The notes below the pieces were generated by a model. It was not told where the DNA came from. It was given only the letters and a program-made list of their open reading frames with translations, and ran no database searches. DNA of 57,017 bases from Myxococcota bacterium (GTDB lineage: Bacteria > Myxococcota_A > UBA9160 > UBA4427). The stretch covers positions 1 through 57,017 of the forward strand of contig JAYZFK010000071.1 of assembly GCA_036336835.1 (NCBI GenBank), in the 5' to 3' direction. The position numbers were made by a program, and so were the translations under genes. This document shows positions 38,548 through 47,578 of the stretch, piece by piece. Position 1 is the stretch's first letter. Each line of letters starts with the position of its first letter.

Positions 38548-40299
38548 GTGACGACCCCCGCTATCGACCTGCGCACGCAGGCGCCGTTTCCGCCCAGCCC
38601 GGTACCCCGGGAGCTGCTGGACAACGCGAGCTCGCTGACGGAAGCCTTCGCGAGCCTGGCCGGGAGCTTCCCCGACTGGGAGAGCATGATCATTCTCGAC
38701 CGCGGGCGTCACGAGTCGCGTCTGACCGCGAGAGCGTTGTGGGATCGAGCGCGCAGCATCCAGGCCTGGCTCACTGCCCACGACTTCCAGCCCGGCGGCA
38801 TCGTCCTGCTGACGCTCCCGACCGGCCCGGAGATCGTGGCGGCCTACTTTGGCGTGATGCTCGCGGGTGGGGCACCGGGCCTGGTGGCCACTCCTTCGAA
38901 CCGCCTGCGCGAGCCGGGCATCTACGCCCGCCGCGTCGGGACCATCCTCGCGAACGCGGAAGCCGCGCTGCTGTACTGCCAGGAAGAGGTGGCACAGCAG
39001 TTTCGCGAAGAGCCGCAGCTACTCGCGGGCGCTCGACTGGCAACACCGGCGGACATCCCGGATGCAAGCGACGCACCCGACCCGATCGCCGCCGCGCCAC
39101 AGGATCTGGCGACCATCCAGTACTCGTCGGGCTCGACCGGCACGCCCAAGGGCATTCTTCTCACACACCAGGCGATGCTCAACAACATCCGAGCGGTCCG
39201 CGATGGACTGAAGCTCACGAGTGCGGACACCAGTGTCAACTGGATTCCGCTCTACCACGACATGGGGTTGATCGACGCCTTTCTTCTGCCGTTGCTCAGC
39301 GGCTCGCCCTCGGTTCTGATCCCGACCTTCGACTTCATGCGAGATCCGGCGTTGTGGCTGTGGGCGATCCATCACTATCGCGGCACGATCTCGTGGTCGC
39401 CGAACTTCGCCTACACCTACTGTGCTTCGCGCGTTCCAGACCAAAAGCTCGACGGTCTCGACCTCGACTCGTGGCGTGTCGCGATCAACGCCGCCGAGCC
39501 TGTCCTGGCGGCGACTCTCGAGCTGTTCCAGAAGCGCTTCGTCGACTACGGCTTCCAGCCCGAGGCGATGACCCCCGCATGGGGCCTCGCCGAAAACGTC
39601 ACGATCGCCACGGCACACCCTGTCGCCGATGTTCCGACCTCGGAGACGATCGATCGCCAGGCGATGGTGAGCGAGCAGGTCGCACGCCCGACGGCTGGAG
39701 CCGGACTCGAATCCGTGGCGATCGGTCGTTGCCTGCCGCACTGCGAGGTCGAGATCCGGGCTCCGGACGGGGCCATGCTGGCCGATCGTCGCATTGGCGA
39801 CATCTTCCTCCGGACCGACTCTCTGTTCCGTGGCTATCACCGGATGGACGAAGAAACGAACCGCGCACTGCGGGACGGCTGGCTCGCCACCGGCGACCGG
39901 GGCTACCTGGTTGACGGCGATCTCTACTTCATCACACGGGACAAGGATCTGATCGTGATCGGCGGCGAAAAATATGCGCCCCACGACATCGAGGTTCAGG
40001 TCAACGAGCTCGAGGGCATCCGGCAGGGCTGCGTAGTGTGCTTCGGCGTCTTGAGCGAAGCCACCGGTACCGAGGAGCTCGCGGTCGTTGCCGAGACGCG
40101 GGACCTCGACGAGGAGAAGCTCGCTGCGCTGCGCCGTGCCGTTCGAGACAAGGTGACCGGGACGACCGGGCTCTCGGCGCGGCACGTGCTGCTGGTTGAG
40201 CCCGGCGGAATCGAAAAGACCACCAGCGGCAAGCTGGCGCGTCGCGCGACGCGTGAGCGCTACGCCGACCAGATCGGCGGTAGCGCCGTCCGAGACTGA
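38548..40299 (+). CDS. Fatty acyl-AMP ligase (FAAL)
   Basis: QYSSGSTGTPKG, WIPLYHDMGLI, PNFAY, AEPV, GLAE followed by a FAAL-type insertion, KTTSGK. Confidence 0.88.
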   Translation: MTTPAIDLRTQAPFPPSPVPRELLDNASSLTEAFASLAGSFPDWESMIILDRGRHESRLTARALWDRARSIQAWLTAHDFQPGGIVLLTLPTGPEIVAAYFGVMLAGGAPGLVATPSNRLREPGIYARRVGTILANAEAALLYCQEEVAQQFREEPQLLAGARLATPADIPDASDAPDPIAAAPQDLATIQYSSGSTGTPKGILLTHQAMLNNIRAVRDGLKLTSADTSVNWIPLYHDMGLIDAFLLPLLSGSPSVLIPTFDFMRDPALWLWAIHHYRGTISWSPNFAYTYCASRVPDQKLDGLDLDSWRVAINAAEPVLAATLELFQKRFVDYGFQPEAMTPAWGLAENVTIATAHPVADVPTSETIDRQAMVSEQVARPTAGAGLESVAIGRCLPHCEVEIRAPDGAMLADRRIGDIFLRTDSLFRGYHRMDEETNRALRDGWLATGDRGYLVDGDLYFITRDKDLIVIGGEKYAPHDIEVQVNELEGIRQGCVVCFGVLSEATGTEELAVVAETRDLDEEKLAALRRAVRDKVTGTTGLSARHVLLVEPGGIEKTTSGKLARRATRERYADQIGGSAVRD

Positions 40300-40309
40300 C
40301 CGCGACTTC

Positions 40310-41497
40310 TCACCGCCGCAGCAGCTCGGGGTTGCGCGCAAGCGCATTGACGACGTTCATGTGGTGCGCCTCGAGCGTCCCGCCCCCGATCTCGATCAGC
40401 TTCGCGTCGCGCCACAGACGCGAGACGACATACTCGCCTACGTAGCCGTACCCTCCGAGCACCTGAATCGCCGCGTCCGCCGTGCGCTTGCCGACCTGGG
40501 AGGCGACGAGCTTGGCGGCGTCGCCGTTCACCCCGCGACTCGCTGCGGACAGATCGAGCCGCCGGGCCGTCTCATAGACCAGGACGCGCGCTGCCCGGTA
40601 CTCGGCGAAGCACTCGGCGATGTGGCGTTGGATCTGACCGTGCTCCTTGATCGCAACGCCGAAGCTCTGGCGCTCGTTCGCGTGCGCGATCATCACCTCG
40701 AGCGATCGCTGCGCGATGCCGATCGAGATGGCGGCCAGCGTGAGCCGCTCGATCTCGAGGTTGCGCATCAACTGGAGCGCACCCTCTCCGTCGGCGCCCA
40801 GGCGGTTCTCCGCCGGTACGCGCACGCCGTCGAACAGGAGCTCGGCCGTAAAGGACGAGCGCATCCCGAGCTTGTCTGTCCACTTCTGCCCGAGCGAGAA
40901 GCCGGGCATATCTTTTTCCACCAGGAAGCTGGTGATCTCGCGTGGGCGCGTCATCGCATAGACCACGAAGGCGTCGCCGAGCGTCTCTTCGTCGACTCCA
41001 CCGTTGCTGATCCAGGTCTTGGTGCCGTCGAGCACATAGCAGTCGCCGTCTCTGCTCGCGGTGGTCCGCATTGCGAGCACGTCGGTGCCACCCTGAGGCT
41101 CCGTGATGCACAAGCCACCGATCCACTCCCCCGACGCGGCCTTCGGCAGGACTCGACGGCGTTGCTCGGCATCGCCGTTCGCCGAAACGTTCTGCGCGAA
41201 CAGGATCGAATGCGCGAGCACGGACAGCGCAAAGCCCGGATCGGACGTCGACAGGGCTTCGAAGACCTGGACAGCTGCCGTCGCATCCAGGCCTGCGCCA
41301 CCGTAGTCTTCGGCCAGCGTGACACCGAGCAGCCCGATCGCGCCGGCAGACCGGAAGAGCGCGTGGTTGAAGGCCTCGCTCCGGTCGTGTTCGGCCGCTT
41401 GCGGCTCGACCTCGCGTGTCACGAACTCGCGGAGCGTCTCGGCCAGCATCTGATGCTCGGGGGTCGGAGCGAAGAGATCGTAATCACGCCAATCCAT
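40310..41497 (-). CDS. Acyl-CoA dehydrogenase (isovaleryl-CoA dehydrogenase-like)
   Basis: ATG 41497; ITEPQGGTD, GTKTWISNG, KLGMR, RQSFG, LGGYGY, RDAKLIEIGGGT. Confidence 0.9.
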   Translation of the reverse strand: MDWRDYDLFAPTPEHQMLAETLREFVTREVEPQAAEHDRSEAFNHALFRSAGAIGLLGVTLAEDYGGAGLDATAAVQVFEALSTSDPGFALSVLAHSILFAQNVSANGDAEQRRRVLPKAASGEWIGGLCITEPQGGTDVLAMRTTASRDGDCYVLDGTKTWISNGGVDEETLGDAFVVYAMTRPREITSFLVEKDMPGFSLGQKWTDKLGMRSSFTAELLFDGVRVPAENRLGADGEGALQLMRNLEIERLTLAAISIGIAQRSLEVMIAHANERQSFGVAIKEHGQIQRHIAECFAEYRAARVLVYETARRLDLSAASRGVNGDAAKLVASQVGKRTADAAIQVLGGYGYVGEYVVSRLWRDAKLIEIGGGTLEAHHMNVVNALARNPELLRR

Positions 41498-41538
41498 CGT
41501 GCGGAAGCGTATCCGATCGAAGACGATCCCGCGGGTGG

Positions 41539-41593
41539 TCGCAGCAACCGCGATTCGAGTTGATCTTCGCTCCCGCTCGCACCAGACTCCAGC
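41539..41593 (+). promoter_or_regulatory. Copy A of duplicated operator + sigma70-like promoter module
   Basis: TCGCAG-caa-CCGCGA imperfect palindrome, TTGATC (41560-41565), 17-nt spacer, CAGACT (41583-41588); 47 of 55 nt identical to 44702-44756. Confidence 0.7.
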
Positions 41594-41697
41594 ACCCAGG
41601 CACCGGCGAGAGAGCAGCCCCGGCCCTCGCGCGTTTCGGCGCACACGTGGTCATCGCGGACGAGAATCCCTGCGAGGATTCAGGAGATGTAGCAGAG

Positions 41698-42897
41698 ATG
41701 ACGACCGACACGCCGAGCCTTCCCATCGACCTGCTCGACCCGCACTTCTACGTGGGCGACCCCCATCCCACCTATGAGTGGATGCGGAAGCACGACCCGG
41801 TCTACCGGGACGAGAAGAACCAGCTATGGGCCGTCACCAGGCTCGACGACCTTCGCGAGGTCGAGAAAGATCCACAGACCTTCTCGAGCCAGGGTCACCA
41901 CCGCGCAACTCCACACGCGGGTGAGCGCACGATGATCTCGCGCGACGACCCGCAGCACCTGTATCAACGCAATCTCCTCTCGGACATGTTCACCCCGCGC
42001 GCGGTTTCGAGGCGCGAAGAGGAGATCCGAGAGATCGTCGTCGACTCGATCGAGCGCTTCTTCCTGGGCAGCACGGTCGACGTCATCGAAGCGATTGCCG
42101 CACGCGTTCCCGCAATCCTGACGGCTCGCCTGCTGGGCTTCGGAGATGCGCACTGGAGGGACGTGAGGAGTTGGTCCGAGCGACTGATGCGGCTCGATCG
42201 CGCACTGCACGAGCCCCCGGTCATGGCCGACGCGATCGCCGCAGTCCGGGACTTCGGCGCCGTGCTGGCGCCCACTCTGCTGGAACGCGCCTCGCACCCC
42301 GAGGACGACATTCCGTCGCGCTGGGCCACTGCCGCCCGAGAGGCAACGGGCGTCGAGCGACCCATCGACTATCCGACGGCGCTCGACGAGGTCGGGCTCC
42401 TCGTCTCGGGCGGCGCCGAGACGACCCGCACGGCGATCGCCCACGCGCTGATCCTCTTCTGTGACCACCCACACCACTGGGAGGACCTCGCCAGAAGACC
42501 AGAGCGAATCCCTGTCGCGGTAGAGGAGATCCTTCGCTACGTCACGCCGCTGAACAACATGTTCCGGCGTGCGACGAGCCGGTTCGAGCTGAACGGGAAG
42601 CAGATCCGAGCCCACGATCGGCTGATCCTGCTCTATCCGTCTGCGAATCGCGACGAGAGCTACTTCGAGGATCCACACGTCTTCATCCCGGACCGCGACC
42701 CGAATCCGCACATCTCGTTCGGCTTCGGTACCCACTTCTGCCTCGGCGCCTCGTTTGCGCGCCTCACCCTGCGCGTCGTCCTCGAAGAGCTCACCTCGCG
42801 GCTGACGCGGCTCGCGCCAGCCGGTGCCCCCGAGTACGAAGCGAACATCTTCGTCAAGGCGGTGAAGCGCTTCGATCTCGCTTACGACCGGAGGTGA
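41698..42897 (+). CDS. Cytochrome P450 (CYP142/125-like)
   Basis: ATG 41698; GGAETTR, EILR, FGFGTHFCLG. Confidence 0.93.
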   Translation: MTTDTPSLPIDLLDPHFYVGDPHPTYEWMRKHDPVYRDEKNQLWAVTRLDDLREVEKDPQTFSSQGHHRATPHAGERTMISRDDPQHLYQRNLLSDMFTPRAVSRREEEIREIVVDSIERFFLGSTVDVIEAIAARVPAILTARLLGFGDAHWRDVRSWSERLMRLDRALHEPPVMADAIAAVRDFGAVLAPTLLERASHPEDDIPSRWATAAREATGVERPIDYPTALDEVGLLVSGGAETTRTAIAHALILFCDHPHHWEDLARRPERIPVAVEEILRYVTPLNNMFRRATSRFELNGKQIRAHDRLILLYPSANRDESYFEDPHVFIPDRDPNPHISFGFGTHFCLGASFARLTLRVVLEELTSRLTRLAPAGAPEYEANIFVKAVKRFDLAYDRR

Positions 42898-42936
42898 GCT
42901 GGGGCAACTCGCCGCGCGTAGCGGCGGCGGTCGCCA

Positions 42937-43173
42937 TCACGAGCTGGCTTCACGTACCACGGTGGCGATGTCGCGCAGGATGCGCAGGCGTCCGATGTCG
43001 CTGTCGGCGAAGACGACTTCGAAGTGCTTCTCGACCTCGTAGAAGATCGTGCTCAGCTCGAGTGAGTTGGCGACCTCCTCGACGGAAGCATCGAGGTCGA
43101 CCTCATCGATTGCGAGCTCCAAGCCCTCGGCGACGAGCCTGCGAACCGCTTCTTCGATCTCCTGCTGTTCCAC
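42937..43173 (-). CDS. Acyl carrier protein (ACP)
   Basis: GTG 43173 after GGAGG; 78 aa, acidic; ANSLELSTIFYEVEKHFEV (phosphopantetheine Ser motif variant). Confidence 0.75.
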   Translation of the reverse strand: MEQQEIEEAVRRLVAEGLELAIDEVDLDASVEEVANSLELSTIFYEVEKHFEVVFADSDIGRLRILRDIATVVREASS

Positions 43174-43263
43174 GCCGCCTCCAACCGGCCGACCATAGCG
43201 TGACGCTTCGATCCCCCGCAAGAATGCTCCGACGGCCGTGTTCGGCAGACGGCAGGAGTCGTG

Positions 43264-44553
43264 CTAAGGCCAGACCAATCCGCGGTATACCGTGACGAGA
43301 CCGGAGAGCGGAGCCTTGTTCGGGTACATCGAGGTCATGTGCCCCACGCTCGTGTACAGCAGCGTCACGATCACGATGACCCAGCCCGCGAGCCCTAGTC
43401 GACGCGGCCGCTTCCAATGACGCGTGGCGATGACGGCAATGGCGCTGAGTCCGGCCTGGATCGTGTAGGGGACGATCGCGTTGAACGAGAAGAAGTGCGG
43501 GCCCAGCAGCTTGAAGCTGCCCAGCAGGTGGTAGACACCCACCATCGCGAACACCGCGGCTGTGTTGCGCCACTCGAGATGGCGCTCCCCGTCGCGCCCG
43601 CGCAGGAAGGCACCACCCAGCGGCAGATACACATAGCGACGCAGCCAGACCATGAAGGTGATGTTCCAGCGCCGCCAGAATTCGGCTGGCCCGTAGGCCA
43701 GGTGCGGACGGTCAAAGTTCTCGGGCAGGTGGATCCCCGAGAGCCGTCCGATCCCGATCGCCGCCTCGGTCCAGGCGCTGAAGGCGAGATACCACCAGAG
43801 ATAGGTATAGACCGCGTTGGGCCAGCTGGTCACGCCACCGCGGAGCACGGTCTGGTACATCGGCTCGCGGAACGAGTAGATCACGGTCATCGTGAACAGA
43901 CCGAGTGCCAGTCCCACCAGCGCTCGGCGAAGCGAGCTGCGCTCCGACCGGAGCACCTCGCGCAGGCTCGGGCGCTCGCCCTCCTTCCAGAACCAGTCGA
44001 GCTTGGCCTTCTCGAAATCCACGTGGGAGAGGATGGGCCCGTTCACGAAGGACGGGAAGAAGAGCATGAACAGCGTGTAGTCGGCGAAGCGCGGTCGCTC
44101 CGGCTCGGGGCGCCGGCTGCGGTCGTACGCGTAGCCCCAGAAGCGCAGCTGCGTCAGATTCGTGGCGAATGCGAAGAAGGTCCCCGCAGCGCCAAGGTAG
44201 CCCGGCAGCAGCGGGAGCCAGTAGACGGGAGCGATGGTCTGAAGCGCGATCAGCCAGACGAGCAGCGCTGTGCGCGGGTGTCCGCGCGGCAAATACTCGA
44301 CGGCCGCGTAGAACACCACCAGGTAGAGGCCGAAGAGCAGCGCGACCAGCGGTGTCGCGGAGTACGCCAGCAGGAGGAAGCTTCCGGCGATCAGCCCCCA
44401 TGTCCGCAGAACCGGCGCGGTGTAGCGGAGGCCCAGTGCCAGCACGATGAACCCGACACCGGCCATTGCGTAGTGGGCGAGGAAGCCCGCTTGTCCCTCG
44501 AGCAACCGAGGCGCGAACGAGAGCAACGATTCGCGCAGTGAGTCGAGGTCCAT
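43264..44553 (-). CDS. MBOAT-family acyltransferase (DltB/AlgI-like, divergent)
   Basis: ATG 44553; multi-TM; FFPSFVNGPI, PENFDRP, EFWRRWN, YVYLPLGG, catalytic GVYH. Confidence 0.87.
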   Translation of the reverse strand: MDLDSLRESLLSFAPRLLEGQAGFLAHYAMAGVGFIVLALGLRYTAPVLRTWGLIAGSFLLLAYSATPLVALLFGLYLVVFYAAVEYLPRGHPRTALLVWLIALQTIAPVYWLPLLPGYLGAAGTFFAFATNLTQLRFWGYAYDRSRRPEPERPRFADYTLFMLFFPSFVNGPILSHVDFEKAKLDWFWKEGERPSLREVLRSERSSLRRALVGLALGLFTMTVIYSFREPMYQTVLRGGVTSWPNAVYTYLWWYLAFSAWTEAAIGIGRLSGIHLPENFDRPHLAYGPAEFWRRWNITFMVWLRRYVYLPLGGAFLRGRDGERHLEWRNTAAVFAMVGVYHLLGSFKLLGPHFFSFNAIVPYTIQAGLSAIAVIATRHWKRPRRLGLAGWVIVIVTLLYTSVGHMTSMYPNKAPLSGLVTVYRGLVWP

Positions 44554-44701
44554 CAAGCGGCCCTCCGCAGGCGTCGAAGGTCGCGCGGAGCTTCGCGACG
44601 CCCGGGCTACTTGCCCATCCCGCCGAGGCAAGCTTAGCCACGCACAGCGTCAACTGCATGTTTCGGTTCGGCGGCAGCGGTCGCGCAAGGCCGACCGGCG
44701 A

Positions 44702-44756
44702 TCGCAGCGACTGCGAATCGAGTTGATCTTCGCGCGGGCTCGCATCAGACTGCAGC
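44702..44756 (+). promoter_or_regulatory. Copy B of duplicated operator + promoter module (leaderless for the SDR at 44758)
   Basis: Perfect palindrome TCGCAG-cga-CTGCGA, TTGATC (44723-44728), 17 nt, CAGACT (44746-44751), 6 nt, ATG. Confidence 0.7.
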
Positions 44757-44757
44757 G

Positions 44758-45585
44758 ATGGACCCCACGGACGCACTGCTAACGGATCAAGTCGCCATCG
44801 TTACAGGAGGTGGCCAGGGCATCGGCGAGGGAGCGGCGCTGGCCCTCGCACGTTTCGGCGCAAACGTCGTGATCGCGGACAAGAATCCCGAGACGTCGGC
44901 GGCTGTCGCTGCGAAGGTGCGCGAGCTGGGCCGCGAAGGGGTCGCGATCCCGACCGACGTCCGCAACCTGGACCAGGTGCGCGCGATGGTCGACCAGACG
45001 GTCGCGCAGCTCGGCCGAGTCGACATCCTGGTCAACAACGCCGGCGGGACGCGCTACGCGCGCTTCCTCGACCTCGAGCCGCGCGGCTGGGAACGCCACA
45101 TCGAGCTCAACTTCGGCGGGCTGTTCGGGCCGACGGACGCGGCGGTGCGCGCGATGATCGACGGAGGCCGCGGCGGCTCGATCATCAACGTCTCGAGCAT
45201 CGAGGGCACGCGCGCCGCCCCGAACTTCTCGGTCTACGCCGCCTGCAAGGCCGGCATGATCAACTTCACGAAGACGCTCGCGCTCGAGCTCGGCGATCAC
45301 GGCATTCGCGTCAACTGCATCGCCCCCGACTACACCTCGACACCGGGGATCGAGGGCTTCGACACGCCGCCAGCGCCCGAGCGACTGAAGGCCATCGAGG
45401 GAGCGATCCCGCTGCGGCGACGCGGCACGATCGAAGAGACCGCCGGACCGGTGGTGTTCCTCGCATCGCGCATGGCGAGCTACGTCACGGGCACGACGAT
45501 CCCGGTGGACGGGGGGACCTGGGCGTCGAGCGGCTGGGTGCGCACTGCCGATGGCGAGTGGAGCAACAGGCCCCACGTGACGTAG
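44758..45585 (+). CDS. SDR family oxidoreductase
   Basis: TGGGQGIG, NNAG, YAACK, VDGG. Confidence 0.92.
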   Translation: MDPTDALLTDQVAIVTGGGQGIGEGAALALARFGANVVIADKNPETSAAVAAKVRELGREGVAIPTDVRNLDQVRAMVDQTVAQLGRVDILVNNAGGTRYARFLDLEPRGWERHIELNFGGLFGPTDAAVRAMIDGGRGGSIINVSSIEGTRAAPNFSVYAACKAGMINFTKTLALELGDHGIRVNCIAPDYTSTPGIEGFDTPPAPERLKAIEGAIPLRRRGTIEETAGPVVFLASRMASYVTGTTIPVDGGTWASSGWVRTADGEWSNRPHVT

Positions 45586-45601
45586 CGGACTCGCCTGGCG
45601 A

Positions 45602-47071
45602 ATGCTTTTCAACTCGTACGTCTTCCTGTGTGTCTTCCTGCCCGTCGTCCTGCTCGTGTTCTGGCTGCTGGGGCGCTCGAGCCGACGAGAGCCGGCGATC
45701 GCGTGGCTCGTCGCCGCCTCACTCGTCTTCTACGGCTGGTGGAACCCTGTCTATCTGGGCCTGATCGTCGCATCGGTGACCGCCAACTTCGCGTTCGGTC
45801 GGGCGCTGGTGGCAACCTCCGGCCGCCGCCGCTCGGTGGTACTGACTCTCGGCGTGTGCGCGAACGTCGGCACCCTCGCCTACTTCAAGTACGCGAACTT
45901 CTTCGTCGACAGCCTCAACTCGGCAATCGGCTCGAACCTGCAGCTCGAGACGATCGTTCTGCCGCTCGCGATCTCGTTCTTCACCTTCCAACAGATCGCC
46001 TACCTGGTGGACGCGAGCCGCGGCGAGACCGAGGAGCACCACTTCCTACACTACGCCTTGTTCGTGACCTTCTTCCCGCAGTTCATCGCGGGGCCGATCG
46101 TCCACCACAAAGAAATGCTGCCGCAGTTCACCCGACGCAGGCGGCTGACGCTGAGTGCCCGCGACCTGTCGATCGGTGCGACGATCTTCGTCCTCGGGCT
46201 GTTCAAGAAAGTGGTGATCGCAGACGGAGTCGCCGAGTACGTGCCTCCCGCGTTCGACGCGGCGTATGCCGGCCACGCCCTGACCATGGCTGCCGCCTGG
46301 GCAGGGGCGCTCGCCTACACCTTCCAACTCTACTTTGATTTCTCTGGCTACTCGGACATGGCGATTGGCCTCGCCCGCATGTTCGGCATCCGACTGCCAC
46401 TCAACTTCGACGCGCCCTACCGCGCGACTTCGATCATCGACTTCTGGCGCAGCTGGCACATGACCCTGTCGCGCTTCCTGCGCGACTACGTCTACATCCC
46501 GCTCGGCGGCAACCGGCGCGGCACACAACGGCGCTACGTCAACGTGATGGTGACGATGCTGCTGGGCGGCCTGTGGCACGGTGCGGGCTGGAACTTCGTA
46601 TTGTGGGGCGGGCTGCACGGGGTGCTGCTCGTCGTCAACCACCTGTGGCGCGCGGCCGTGCCCGAGCGAATTCGCTCCGGGCGGCTGGCCGACGCGCTCG
46701 GCTGGGCGCTCACTTTCGTCCTGGTGGCCGTCGCGTGGGTTCCGTTCCGCGCCGAGACCGCTGCGAGCACCCTGAATGTCTGGCGCGGGATGGCCGGGAT
46801 CTCCTCGCACGGGGGCACGGTCGCGCTGGGGAGCACGACCCCCGTGCTCTGGCTCGTCGGCCTGCTCGCCGGCTGTCTGCTGCTGCCGACCACGCAGGAC
46901 TTCGTCGGCCGCTATCGACCCGCCCTCGGCTTCCGCCCGCGGCCCGCCGGCACGACCCTGCCCGTGCGATGGCGACCGACACCGGCCTGGGCCGCACTCA
47001 CGCTCGGATTCTTCCTGGTGGCGTTCGCAATGCTCCAGCGTCCCAGCGAGTTCCTCTACTTCCAGTTCTGA
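45602..47071 (+). CDS. MBOAT O-acyltransferase, AlgI/PatA-like
   Basis: MLFNSYVF, LPLAISFFTFQ, FFPQFIAGPI, DFSGYSDMAIG, WHMTLSRFLRDYVYIPLGG, GLWHGA, C-terminal EFLYFQF. Confidence 0.93.
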   Translation: MLFNSYVFLCVFLPVVLLVFWLLGRSSRREPAIAWLVAASLVFYGWWNPVYLGLIVASVTANFAFGRALVATSGRRRSVVLTLGVCANVGTLAYFKYANFFVDSLNSAIGSNLQLETIVLPLAISFFTFQQIAYLVDASRGETEEHHFLHYALFVTFFPQFIAGPIVHHKEMLPQFTRRRRLTLSARDLSIGATIFVLGLFKKVVIADGVAEYVPPAFDAAYAGHALTMAAAWAGALAYTFQLYFDFSGYSDMAIGLARMFGIRLPLNFDAPYRATSIIDFWRSWHMTLSRFLRDYVYIPLGGNRRGTQRRYVNVMVTMLLGGLWHGAGWNFVLWGGLHGVLLVVNHLWRAAVPERIRSGRLADALGWALTFVLVAVAWVPFRAETAASTLNVWRGMAGISSHGGTVALGSTTPVLWLVGLLAGCLLLPTTQDFVGRYRPALGFRPRPAGTTLPVRWRPTPAWAALTLGFFLVAFAMLQRPSEFLYFQF

Positions 47072-47131
47072 GTACATCCGCAGTCGGCCTTGCGGTTACA
47101 CTGGCCCGAGCCCAGTGGAGGAGAACCGCCC

Positions 47132-47566
47132 ATGTCCGATGAGCACCCCGCCCGCCGAGCAGGCCTGCTGTCCCAGAAGCACGTCGCCGAAGGCAACCGT
47201 GAAGCCTGGCTCGAGCTGTTCGACGACGAAGCCGTGATCCAGGACCCGGTGGGCGCCTCGCCGCTCGACTCGAGCGGGGAGGGCCAACTCGGCAAGGCCG
47301 CGATCGCTGCCTTCTACGACAAGTTCATCGCACCGGGAAAGGTGAGCTTCGACTACCCGCGCTCCTACGCCTGCGCCGACGAGTGCGCCTTCATCGGCAC
47401 CGTCTACAACGCGTTCGGCGACGCCCCGGAGCGCGGCTCCGAAGGGGTCTTCGTCTACAAGGTGAACGACGAGGGGAAGATCCTGTCGCTGCGCGCCTTC
47501 TGGGAGTGGGAGCGGCCGCAGCCGGGAGGCGACTGCCACCCGCCGGTCGGTCGCGAGCGAGCATAG
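47132..47566 (+). CDS. NTF2-like / ketosteroid isomerase-like protein
   Basis: ATG 47132 after GGAGG; IQDPVG, EGKILSLRAFWE. Confidence 0.82.
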   Translation: MSDEHPARRAGLLSQKHVAEGNREAWLELFDDEAVIQDPVGASPLDSSGEGQLGKAAIAAFYDKFIAPGKVSFDYPRSYACADECAFIGTVYNAFGDAPERGSEGVFVYKVNDEGKILSLRAFWEWERPQPGGDCHPPVGRERA

Positions 47567-47578
47567 GAAGCGATCGAG

